Shown here piece after piece: positions 20,031 to 28,727 of a stretch of DNA of 64,000 bases. This DNA comes from Lewinellaceae bacterium (GTDB lineage Bacteria > Bacteroidota > Bacteroidia > Chitinophagales > Saprospiraceae), in assembly GCA_016711435.1 (NCBI GenBank), contig JADJSY010000083.1, positions 107,993 to 171,992 on the forward strand, in the 5' to 3' direction. The position numbers and the translations under genes were made by a program. Each line of letters begins with the position of its first letter. The first letter of the stretch is position 1. The notes under the pieces are model-generated. The model was not told the DNA's origin. It ran no database searches and saw only the letters and a list, made by a program, of their open reading frames with translations.

Positions 20031-20999
20031 ATGAAAAATATTGCCATTCTTACAGGAGGCGACTCCGCAGAGCGGGTGATCTCGCTCAAAAGCGGACAGG
20101 TTGTACGCGAAAATTTACCCTCCGACCGCTATCGTACTTTCCTGATAGACATTCAAAAAGCCGACTGGCGGGATCTGGATTCCGGGATTTCCATAGATAA
20201 AAATGATTTCTCCCTGCGCCTTGCCAATGGAGAAAAAATTCATTTCGACGCTGCATTTGCCGCTTTACACGGCAGTCCGCTCGAAGACGGCAAAATGCAG
20301 GGTTACCTCGAAATGATAGGCATCCCATATACTTGCTGCGACGGTTATGTGAGTGCGCTTACCATGAGTAAACACAACACTAAACTGCAACTGGCGCCCT
20401 ACCAGGTTCCGATGGCGCCTTCTGAACTCTTGCAAAAAGGAGCGGCAGTGGATGTGGAGCAATTGCTTCAACTGGGCCTTCCGCTTTTTGTAAAACCCAA
20501 TGACCACGGTTCCAGTTTCGGCGTAACCAAGGTAAAAACGCAGGAAGCGCTGCTGCCCGCCATTATGGAAGCATTCGGGTATAGCAATGAAGTGATGGTG
20601 GAAGCATTTATGCCGGGCCGCGAATTCTCCAACGGCGTTATGCGGGTCAACGGCGAAATCGTTGTGTTGCCTGTCACGGAAATTATTCCCGAGACCGAAT
20701 TTTTTGATTTTGCCGCCAAGTATGAAGGGAAATCAAAAGAAGTCACGCCGGCTGATTTGTCAGACGCCCTTACGCAGCAATGCAGGCAACTGACCGGCAA
20801 AATTTATGAACTGCTCAAATGCAAAGGAGTGGTTCGGATTGATTACATTCTCGTGGGCGAGACTTTTCACCTGCTCGAACCCAATACCATTCCCGGTATT
20901 TCTCCTGCCAGTATTGTGCCGCAACAGGCACAGGCGCACGGCTGGTCATTGGGACATTTTTTTTCATTGCTGATTGAAGAGTCCCTGCGTACTGCTTAG
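20031..20999 (+). CDS. ddl: D-alanine--D-alanine ligase
   Basis: ATP-grasp pattern: ILTGGDSAERVISL, HG..GEDG-like LHGSPLEDGKMQGYLE, PLFVKPNDHGSSFGV, EPNTIPG. Confidence 0.9.
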   Translation: MKNIAILTGGDSAERVISLKSGQVVRENLPSDRYRTFLIDIQKADWRDLDSGISIDKNDFSLRLANGEKIHFDAAFAALHGSPLEDGKMQGYLEMIGIPYTCCDGYVSALTMSKHNTKLQLAPYQVPMAPSELLQKGAAVDVEQLLQLGLPLFVKPNDHGSSFGVTKVKTQEALLPAIMEAFGYSNEVMVEAFMPGREFSNGVMRVNGEIVVLPVTEIIPETEFFDFAAKYEGKSKEVTPADLSDALTQQCRQLTGKIYELLKCKGVVRIDYILVGETFHLLEPNTIPGISPASIVPQQAQAHGWSLGHFFSLLIEESLRTA

Positions 21000-21080
21000 T
21001 TATCCATTATTATTTGTTGGTTATCAGTCTTCATAATCAAGCATTTACAAAGAATTTAATCAAAACTAATTTTGCACACG
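21000..21080. repeat. G-family intergenic cassette (GTTATC words, degenerate palindrome, CAAAACTAATTTTG box)
   Basis: Aligns by eye with 30541-30625 and 53377-53459. TAATTTTG at 21067-21074 lies 13 nt before the ATG at 21088. The ddl stop TAG is the first word of the cassette. Confidence 0.8.
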
Positions 21081-21087
21081 TACTAAC

Positions 21088-21699
21088 ATGAAGATATTCT
21101 GCATCGGTCGCAACTACATCGACCACGCGAAAGAACTGAACAATCCGGTGCCCTCGGAACCGCTTATTTTTATGAAGCCGCCGACGGCGCTACTGTTGAA
21201 TAATCGGCATTTTTTTCACCCCGATTTTAGTAATAACATCCATTACGAAGGGGAAATCGTGCTGCGTATTGCTAAAAACGGCCGCTCGGTGCAGCCTGAA
21301 TTTGCGGGCCGCTACTACGACGCGGTGGCATTCGGAATCGATTTCACCGCACGCGATTTGCAGGATCAATTAAAAAGCAAGGGACATCCCTGGGAAATTG
21401 CCAAAGGATTCGACCGCTCGGCCCCGCTGAGCCGGTTCATCCCGCTGGAGGAGTTGAGTAATGCCGGCGATATTCATTTTCAATTGAAAAAAAACGGCGA
21501 AGTAGTACAGGACGGCCACACGCGCGACCTGATTTTTAGTTTTGACACCTTGATTTGCCATATTTCCCGTTATTTCACGCTTCACAAAGGCGATTACGTG
21601 TTTACGGGCACTCCGGCAGGCGTCGGCCCCGTCCAAATCGGCGATGTCCTGGAAGGTTTTATAGAAGGCGAGCGTTTGCTGCTGTGTAATGTTAAGTAG
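21088..21699 (+). CDS. Fumarylacetoacetate hydrolase family protein
   Basis: IFCIGRNY.DHAKE, IHYEGEIV, DFTARDLQ, and GDYVFTGTPAGVGPV motifs of the FAH family. 203 aa. Confidence 0.85.
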   Translation: MKIFCIGRNYIDHAKELNNPVPSEPLIFMKPPTALLLNNRHFFHPDFSNNIHYEGEIVLRIAKNGRSVQPEFAGRYYDAVAFGIDFTARDLQDQLKSKGHPWEIAKGFDRSAPLSRFIPLEELSNAGDIHFQLKKNGEVVQDGHTRDLIFSFDTLICHISRYFTLHKGDYVFTGTPAGVGPVQIGDVLEGFIEGERLLLCNVK

Positions 21700-21855
21700 T
21701 TATCCGTTAGTAGTTATTGGTTATCCGTGTTGTAGCGGAGAGGTGTCATTTGCGACGCAGGAGCAAGTGACATCTCGTAGCGGAAACCTGCTGGAAAACG
21801 GCCGTTTCGAGATGTCACCTCCTTCCTACGTCAGGAGATGACACCTCTTCACTAC
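21700..21855. repeat. G-family word fragment (21700-21731) followed by I-family nested palindrome (21732-21855)
   Basis: ttatccgttagtagttattggttatccgtgttg, then gtagcggagaggtgtcat...atgacacctcttcactac. Inner arms are gacgcaggagcaagtgacatctcg / cgagatgtcacctccttcctacgtc. Confidence 0.8.
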
Positions 21856-21915
21856 CCTTAAGTCAACCACATTGCCATAAACCCTTCAATTACAAACGCA
21901 TAAATTTTTTAAGCA

Positions 21916-23208
21916 ATGAAGTCCTTGTATTCCTTGATTCTGAGCATCCTCTCCCTGTCAACCCTGGCAGCCCAGCAGCCCGTTCCCGCTCCGGCACAAA
22001 AATCACCTATCCTGATTTTCGGGGCAGTAGCGCACATAGGCGATGGAACGGTCATTGAGAACAGCGCCATCGCATTTGAAAACGGCAAACTGACCATGGT
22101 AGCTGATGCGACTATAATTCGGATAGACAGGACGAGGTTCTCCAAAATATTTGACGCTTCGGGAAAACACGTTTATCCGGGATTTATCGCTCCTAACGCA
22201 CAACTGGGTTTGATTGAAATCGACGCAGCCCGACCTACTTTGGATGCCGCAGATATTGGCGCTTTCAACCCCCAGCTGCGTTCCATCGTCGCTTACAATA
22301 CGGACTCGGAGGTGTTGCCTACCATTCGTTCCAACGGTGTTTTGCTGGCACAGATCGTACCCACCGGCGGCACACTTTCCGGCGCCTCCACGGTGGTACA
22401 ACTTGACGCCTGGAACTGGGAAGATGCGGCATACAGCATCGACGAGGGCCTGCACCTCCGGTGGCCTGCGCCCCGCAGTAACAGCGGTTTTCAGACCCTG
22501 ACGCCTGAACAACAGCGGGGCGACACGTACGAAAAGTCAGTACGGGAAATGCACGCTTTTTTTGAAGAAGCCCGGGCATACGCACAACAGTCGGCGCAGG
22601 AAGTAAAAAACCTGAAATTTGAAGCCATGCGCAGTTTGTTTGATCAAAAGAAACCGCTCTATATCCATACGAATAATGCCAAAACCATACAGGAATCGGT
22701 GCTTTTTGCCGAAAAGTATGGCTTGAAGGCTGTGTTGGTCGGAGCTACAGACGCCTGGATGGTCACCGATTTTTTAAAGAGCCATAATATCCCGGTCATT
22801 CTTTCCAGCACACACAGCCTGCCTACCCGCGATGACGATGATGTGGACCAGGCTTATAAAACAGCCGTACAACTGCACGAAAAAGGCATTTTGTTTGCGT
22901 TTTCGCACAAATTGGCGTGGCAACAACGCAACCTTGCTTTTCAGGCAGGTCAAGCCGTTGGTTTCGGTCTGCCCAAAGAAGCCGCCGTACAGGCACTGAC
23001 CCTCCATACCGCGCAGATCATGGGTATCGCCGATCGCTGCGGCTCCCTCACGGTTGGGAAAGATGCCACCCTTTTCATCAGCGAAGGCGATGCCCTCGAT
23101 ATGCGCAGCAGTCAGGTGACGGCAGCCTTTATTCAAGGCCGGGAAATCAACCTGGACAACAAGCACAAGCAACTTTCCCGGCGTTTTGATGCGAAATACA
23201 AACAATGA
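21916..23208 (+). CDS. Amidohydrolase family protein, secreted
   Basis: Signal peptide ...LSTLAA|QQP. Metal-dependent amidohydrolase-like pattern (PGFIAPN..LGL.EI, C-terminal GSLTVGKDATLF). Confidence 0.75.
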   Translation: MKSLYSLILSILSLSTLAAQQPVPAPAQKSPILIFGAVAHIGDGTVIENSAIAFENGKLTMVADATIIRIDRTRFSKIFDASGKHVYPGFIAPNAQLGLIEIDAARPTLDAADIGAFNPQLRSIVAYNTDSEVLPTIRSNGVLLAQIVPTGGTLSGASTVVQLDAWNWEDAAYSIDEGLHLRWPAPRSNSGFQTLTPEQQRGDTYEKSVREMHAFFEEARAYAQQSAQEVKNLKFEAMRSLFDQKKPLYIHTNNAKTIQESVLFAEKYGLKAVLVGATDAWMVTDFLKSHNIPVILSSTHSLPTRDDDDVDQAYKTAVQLHEKGILFAFSHKLAWQQRNLAFQAGQAVGFGLPKEAAVQALTLHTAQIMGIADRCGSLTVGKDATLFISEGDALDMRSSQVTAAFIQGREINLDNKHKQLSRRFDAKYKQ

Positions 23209-23286
23209 TCTGTCAATTATCGGGGACTTTAATACAGAGGATGCGTAACTTTGCAGCCCTTTTTATTAGCCAGTAACCCAAAATAT

Positions 23287-24450
23287 ATGGACTCGATTGG
23301 TATTCTTGGCGCAGGCGCCATGGGCAGCGGTATCGCGCAGGTGGCTGCCGCTGCAGGGCACGACGTTGTAGTTTGCGATAACCTCACCATTGCGCTTTCC
23401 AAAGCAGGTAAAAATATCCAGGCGACCCTGAAAATGCTGGTAGAGCGCGGTAAAATAGCCGATGCGGAAGCCTACTCGCTTTTTAGCCGGATCAAATTTA
23501 CCGACCACATGAGCGAATTCCGCAATTGCTCTCTTGTGATCGAGGCTATTCAGGAAGATATTGAGCAAAAACAGATCGCTTTCAAAAGTATGGAAGCCAT
23601 TGTAGAAGAGACGGCTATCATTGCCAGCAACACCTCTTCTCTTTCTATTTCTGCCATGGGCGCACATTTGCGTCATCCCGAGCGCATCCTGGGCGTACAC
23701 TTTTTCAACCCCGCGCCTATGATGCGCCTGGTCGAAATTATACCCGCACTGCAAACCAAACCGGAAATTGTGGAACGCGGCAAAGAACTCATCAGTAGTT
23801 GGGGGAAAACAACCGTGCTGGCCAAAGATACGCCCGGATTTATTGTCAACCGCGTCGCCCGGCCTTACTATGGAGAAGCGCTGCGCATACTCGATGAAGG
23901 TATTGCCAATATTGCAACCATCGACTGGGCCATGCGCGACCTGGCGGGTTTTCGTATGGGGCCTTTTGAACTCATGGATTTTATCGGAAACGATATTAAT
24001 TATGCCGTGACGGAAGTGGTTTTTCAAAATTTTTATTTTGACCCGCGTTACAAACCCTCTTTCACCCAAAAACGTTTGGTGGATGCACACTTTTTCGGTC
24101 GCAAAACGTCCCGCGGATTTTATGATTACCGGGAAGGCGCCTTCTGGCCCGAACCCGTCAAAGACACAACCCTGGGCGCGGAAATAGCCAATCGTATTAT
24201 TGCCATGCTCATCAATGAAGCCTCCGATGCGCTCTACTGGCGCATTGCCAGCCGCGATGATATTGACCTGGCGATGACCCGCGGCGTAAATTATCCCAAA
24301 GGTTTGCTGGCCTGGGCCGACGAAATCGGTATCTCCGTCATTGTTGAAAAACTGGATTCGCTTTATGTCGAATACCTGGAAGACCGTTATCGCTGTAGCC
24401 CGCTCTTGCGCAAAATGCAGCGCCAGGGCCTGACTTTTTACGAAAAATAG
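23287..24450 (+). CDS. 3-hydroxyacyl-/3-hydroxybutyryl-CoA dehydrogenase with extra C-terminal 3HCDH domain
   Basis: ATG at 23287. Rossmann motif GILGAGAMGSGIAQV. NTSSLSI, HFFNPAP.M.LVE, and GFIVNR motifs. Confidence 0.85.
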   Translation: MDSIGILGAGAMGSGIAQVAAAAGHDVVVCDNLTIALSKAGKNIQATLKMLVERGKIADAEAYSLFSRIKFTDHMSEFRNCSLVIEAIQEDIEQKQIAFKSMEAIVEETAIIASNTSSLSISAMGAHLRHPERILGVHFFNPAPMMRLVEIIPALQTKPEIVERGKELISSWGKTTVLAKDTPGFIVNRVARPYYGEALRILDEGIANIATIDWAMRDLAGFRMGPFELMDFIGNDINYAVTEVVFQNFYFDPRYKPSFTQKRLVDAHFFGRKTSRGFYDYREGAFWPEPVKDTTLGAEIANRIIAMLINEASDALYWRIASRDDIDLAMTRGVNYPKGLLAWADEIGISVIVEKLDSLYVEYLEDRYRCSPLLRKMQRQGLTFYEK

Positions 24451-24514
24451 TAACCTATGATTCGCATAACTAGTAACATAGGGGCAGCGCCCCGGTAATA
24501 TTTGTAGTAGCTAC

Positions 24515-25189
24515 GTGAAAACGCCTCCCGAATTTTTTCAACTGGTTTACGATGCCTTTCAAGAGCAGGGCAACCCGGAACGCGCGCAGCAACAGATGCG
24601 GTACATGCGGCATCAGTTTGAATATTTTGGACTGGGCATGCCGCAATGGATGGCGATTACCAAAAAGATACACGCCACAGAAGGTATTCCCGAAGGGGAG
24701 GATTTAAAAGCGCTGACTTTGCTTTGTTTTGAAGATGACCACCGGGAAATGCACTATTTCGCGCTCGAAACCGTGCAAAAAGCGCTCAAAAAACAAGCGC
24801 CCGAATTCATCTATTTTTTGGAAGCACTCATTTGCACCCGCTCCTGGTGGGATACGGTGGACTGGCTGGCAAAATTAACCGGGCTTCATTTCAAGTCGCA
24901 TCCGGCGCTGATTCGTCCGGTTACGGAGCGCTGGATGGACTCCGGCAATATGTGGTTGCAGCGCGTTTCCATGATCTTCCAACTGTCCTATAAAGAAAAA
25001 ACGGATACGGAACTGATGTTCGGTTACATCCGCAGACTGGCGCATTCCAAAGAATTTTTTATCCAGAAAGGGGCCGGCTGGGCATTGCGGCAGTATTCCA
25101 AAACCAACCCGCAGGCAGTAGTTCATTTTGTGGAGACTACGCAATTGGCTCCCTTGACGAAGCGGGAGGCACTGCGGTTAGTGAAGTAA
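24515..25189 (+). CDS. DNA alkylation repair protein (AlkD-like HEAT repeats)
   Basis: 224 aa helical repeat protein. WWDTVD and KGAGWALRQYSK motifs typical of the DNA_alkylation family. GTG start. Confidence 0.7.
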   Translation: MKTPPEFFQLVYDAFQEQGNPERAQQQMRYMRHQFEYFGLGMPQWMAITKKIHATEGIPEGEDLKALTLLCFEDDHREMHYFALETVQKALKKQAPEFIYFLEALICTRSWWDTVDWLAKLTGLHFKSHPALIRPVTERWMDSGNMWLQRVSMIFQLSYKEKTDTELMFGYIRRLAHSKEFFIQKGAGWALRQYSKTNPQAVVHFVETTQLAPLTKREALRLVK

Positions 25190-25405
25190 AAAGGCAAGGG
25201 GCAAATATGAGTCATCCCGGATTTTTGTGGGCTCTTGTATGCGGCAATTTTATTGATGACCTTATTGACAATTGATGTTTTTGATGCAGGGTGGCACCTG
25301 CACAAATCATCAATGTCAATAAGATCATCAATAAATACGAGTTTGACCTTTTTGTGGCCGTTTTAGGCAAAATCCGGGATGACTCATATTTGCCCCTTGC
25401 CTTTT
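25189..25405. repeat. F-family nested double-hairpin element (copy 1)
   Basis: Perfect 37-bp outer arms at 25189-25225 / 25369-25405 (aaaaggcaaggggcaaatatgagtcatcccggatttt). Imperfect inner hairpin ttattgatgaccttattgacaattgatg.../...catcaatgtcaataagatcatcaataa. Homologous to 63648-63857. Confidence 0.9.
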
Positions 25406-25410
25406 GCCTT

Positions 25411-26481
25411 TTATTTATTCGCCAGCTGCCCGCAAGCCGCATCAATGTCTTTCCCGCGACTCCTGCGAACCGTCACCGTCACCCCTTCCTTCGCCAGATA
25501 AGCCACAAAAAGATTCAGCCGGTTTTCATCCGATTTTTCAAAAGTCGTACCCTCGATCGGGTTGTATTCAATGATATTGACCCGAACAGGGAATCTGCGG
25601 CGGCAAAGTTGCACCAGGCGGGCGGCGTCTTCCAGCGAGTCGTTGAAACGTTCAAAGGCGATGTATTCGTAGGAAATCCGGTTTTTTGTTTTTTCGTAAA
25701 AATATTCGAGCGCCTCCATGAGTGCGGCCAGGTTGTTGCTCTCGTTGATCGGCATGATTTCATTGCGCTTTTTGTCATCAGCGGCATGGAGGCTGAGCGC
25801 CAGGTTGGAGCGGTAGCCATCATCGGCTAATTTCCGGATCATTTTGGCGATACCGGCAGTGCTGACCGTAATTCGCCGGGCGCCCATGCCAAGCCCCAAA
25901 GGCGCCGGGGAAGTAAGCCTTGCGATACTTTCCATGGTATTGGAATAGGTCAGCAAAGGTTCACCCATACCCATGTACACCACATTGGAAAGCGGGCGCC
26001 CGAAACTTTGAATACTTTGCCGGTTTACGCCTGCTACCTGGTCAAAAATTTCCCCGGCTGAAAGGTTGCGTTTGCGCCCCATCCGGCCCGTCGCGCAGAA
26101 AGTACAGGTCAGGCTACAACCCACCTGCGTGCTGACGCATACGGTAAAACGCTCGTCGGCAGGTACGGGAATCAGGACACTTTCGATGCGGTGCCCGTCG
26201 TGGGTGACCCAGCGGGATTTGATGGTACCATCATCGCTGTGCTGTGTTTTATCTTCAAAAAGGATATGAAAATGGAAGTTTTCCTTGAGTTTCGTCCGCA
26301 AATCTTTGGACAGATTAGACATAGCGTCAAAATCGGTCACGGCTTTCGACCATATCCATTCGTACACCTGTTTGCTGCGAAAACGCGGTTCGCCCCAGGA
26401 GGCAAAAAGCGCCTCCAGTTCAGGCAGGCTCAGGCTGCGGATATCCTGTTTGTCTATCTTTTCTGTCACAGTATGTTCCAT
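25411..26481 (-). CDS. rlmN: 23S rRNA (adenine2503-C2)-methyltransferase, radical SAM
   Basis: CSLTCTFCATG radical-SAM cluster motif, C-terminal DIDAACGQL, RlmN-type N-terminal domain. Confidence 0.9.
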   Translation of the reverse strand: MEHTVTEKIDKQDIRSLSLPELEALFASWGEPRFRSKQVYEWIWSKAVTDFDAMSNLSKDLRTKLKENFHFHILFEDKTQHSDDGTIKSRWVTHDGHRIESVLIPVPADERFTVCVSTQVGCSLTCTFCATGRMGRKRNLSAGEIFDQVAGVNRQSIQSFGRPLSNVVYMGMGEPLLTYSNTMESIARLTSPAPLGLGMGARRITVSTAGIAKMIRKLADDGYRSNLALSLHAADDKKRNEIMPINESNNLAALMEALEYFYEKTKNRISYEYIAFERFNDSLEDAARLVQLCRRRFPVRVNIIEYNPIEGTTFEKSDENRLNLFVAYLAKEGVTVTVRRSRGKDIDAACGQLANK

Positions 26482-26587
26482 AAGAACTGCAAAGGTACGC
26501 AGTACGGCGAAACTTTATTTCGTGTAAATGTCCGGGGTGAAACTGTACTTTTAGGCCGTTTTCGCCACCCAGTCCTACTCTATAGCC

Positions 26588-27457
26588 GTGTACGCACTTT
26601 TTAAGCCACTTCTTTTCCTCTTTTCTCCTGAAAAAGCCCACCGGATAACGGTTTTTCTGCTGGATGCTGCCGCAGCTATTCCACCCGTTCGGTGGCTGCT
26701 GCGCCAATTGTTTTGCGAAACGGAAGCCGTTTTGAAAAAAAATATCCTGGGCCTTGCATTCCCCAATCCGGTCGGTTTGGCGGCTGGTTTTGACAAAGAC
26801 GGAAAACATATTGAAGGTCTGGCCTGTCTGGGTTTCGGTTTTATCGAAGTCGGAACCGTCACGCCGGTGGCCCAGGCGGGCAATCCACTTCCCCGTTTGT
26901 TCCGCTTGCCTGCTGACCGGGCGCTGATCAACCGCATGGGTTTTAACAACGAAGGCCTGGACGCCCTGGTGGATAGGCTGCGGAAATTGCGCGAAAAAGG
27001 CCCCCCTGATGGTATTATTATCGGTGGAAATATTGGAAAAAATAAAAACACGCCGAACGAAGCAGCCGAACAGGATTACCTGCTGTGTTTTGAAGCCCTG
27101 TTCCCCTGGGTCGATTATTTTGTTGTCAATGTCAGTTCTCCAAATACGCCCAATTTGCGGGCTTTGCAGGAAAAAGAACCCCTGACCCGGCTGTTGTCGC
27201 TGTTGCAGAAAAAAAACAGGGCACACAACAAGCCCAAACCGATCCTGCTGAAAATTGCGCCCGACCTCGGCGACGAACAATTGGCAGAGGTGGCTGAAAT
27301 TGTGCGCGCTACCGGACTTGCGGGCGTTATCGCTACCAATACCACTATTTGCCGGGCACATTTAACGACGCCGGCAAATGAACTGGAAACGTGTGAAGTC
27401 AGGGGTTGTTTCAAAAGTCTAAAGCGAAAAAAAATGTTTTTTCGCGCCGAATTATAG
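26588..27457 (+). pseudogene. pyrD: Dihydroorotate dehydrogenase (quinone), 3'-truncated
   Basis: Class-2 PyrD N-terminus YALFKPLLFLFSPEKAH and NRMGFNNEG...VNVSSPNTP...ATNTT. After about 27400 no frame continues with the expected GGLSG / GVGGI region; the last ~20 codons read through AT hairpins. Confidence 0.75.
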
Positions 27458-27475
27458 TTGCTAAAGGCAATGTGA

Positions 27476-27508
27476 AAATTTGACAACTTTCAAAAAGTTG
27501 TCAAATTT
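27476..27508. other. Perfect 15-bp stem / 3-nt loop hairpin
   Basis: aaatttgacaacttt-caa-aaagttgtcaaattt. Preceded by a second hairpin gcgaaaaaa/ttttttcgc at 27424-27445, inside the aberrant pyrD tail. Confidence 0.85.
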
Positions 27509-27529
27509 AGCACCCGACCAAAACTTTAT

Positions 27530-27658
27530 TTGGTGTCCTTTGGCCAGGCTACCCACTGTTGCCAAAGGCGAAGCGCCCCAAACACGAAACACCAAACACT
27601 ACACACGGCCGACCCAAGGCAATGCGCCCCAAACACTAAACACCATACACTAAACACG
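27530..27658. repeat. H-family units (2 direct copies)
   Basis: ggccaggctacccactgttgccaaaggcgaagcgccccaaacacgaaacaccaaacac..., then ggccgacccaaggcaatgcgccccaaacactaaacaccatacactaaacacg. Confidence 0.85.
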
Positions 27659-27659
27659 C

Positions 27660-28688
27660 TTACAGCACCCCATTATACGTCTGATAAACAAAAGCCGTCA
27701 TCGTTTGCCCCACAGCCTTCAGGGTACTTTTGTCGATCACGTTTATATTATCAATATGCCGGTGGTGGTGCCGTCCAAACGGATCATCTCCTTCATTCGG
27801 GGTGCTGATAATATCGACCATCGGGATACGAGCGCGCTGAACAACAAAGACATGGTCGTCCGTAATACCGGAACGCTCTGTCGGATCGAAATACGTGCCG
27901 TAACCGAGTGAGGCGGCGAGGTTCCATATTTTATCTACCGTTTGAGGCGCCACCTGCATGGAAATACCTTCTTTCATAAATTTAGCGCCCTTGGCGCCCA
28001 CCATATCGAGTAGTACGGCGGTGTAAGGCATGTAACCCGGGCGATGCAAATTGGCGGCCCAGTATTGCGAGCCAAGGCACCAGGTTTCGGATGCGCCATC
28101 GTCGTCGCCCTGGTCTTCCACATCAAAAAAAACAATGTCGACCCCTACGTCGAGCGGGTGGGCGGCCAGTGTCCGGGCTATTTCAAGCAAAACGGCTGTT
28201 CCGCTGGCGCCGTCATCTGCGCCGTCAATGGGTTTGTTCTGGTTTTTTTCGTCTTTATCCGCCTGAAAACGGCTATCCCAGTGTGCTGCCAGCAAAATGC
28301 GTTTGGGCATATCCGGTTTGTACTGGGCAATGATATTGACCGCATTGAAGGTAGTTCCCTTGTAGTGCACGGCTTTAAAGGCCTGTTCTGCAACTGTGAA
28401 GCCATGCCGTTTAAATTCCTTCGTAAACCAGGCAGCACATTTCTGGTGGGCGGCCGTGTTGGGTACCCGTGGGCCGAAATCCACCTGTTTTTGAATAAAT
28501 AGAAAGGCGGAATCCGCATTAAAATCAGGCACGGCTACCTGTGGTACCGTTACGGTCGGCGGTGGCGGCGGCGGTGTTTCCTTCCGAAGAGCCGGTAAAA
28601 AAGGTTGAATCGTAACAAAAACCGTTGAAAGCAGCACTGCTGCAATCAGGATGTAAGCTAAACGGGAGCGGAATGACTTTTTACGCAT
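27660..28688 (-). CDS. M28-family glutaminyl-peptide cyclotransferase-like enzyme
   Basis: ATG at 28688. One N-terminal TM/signal anchor. HWDSR, DGADDGASGTAVLLEIAR, FFDVEDQG, LGSQYW, and ITDDH metal-site motifs shared by M28 peptidases and animal-type glutaminyl cyclases. Confidence 0.7.
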   Translation of the reverse strand: MRKKSFRSRLAYILIAAVLLSTVFVTIQPFLPALRKETPPPPPPTVTVPQVAVPDFNADSAFLFIQKQVDFGPRVPNTAAHQKCAAWFTKEFKRHGFTVAEQAFKAVHYKGTTFNAVNIIAQYKPDMPKRILLAAHWDSRFQADKDEKNQNKPIDGADDGASGTAVLLEIARTLAAHPLDVGVDIVFFDVEDQGDDDGASETWCLGSQYWAANLHRPGYMPYTAVLLDMVGAKGAKFMKEGISMQVAPQTVDKIWNLAASLGYGTYFDPTERSGITDDHVFVVQRARIPMVDIISTPNEGDDPFGRHHHRHIDNINVIDKSTLKAVGQTMTAFVYQTYNGVL

Positions 28689-28727
28689 GTTTAAATTTAT
28701 TTTGAGCAAATGTCTTTTGCCCTTTAC

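Noticed and set aside
25189-25405. F elements as invertible promoter switches, with inverted repeats flanking a short segment.
   Set aside because: The enclosed 140-160 bp contains no TAnnTTTG box on either strand. Both copies sit between convergent gene ends, where a promoter would have no target, and no recombinase gene is nearby.
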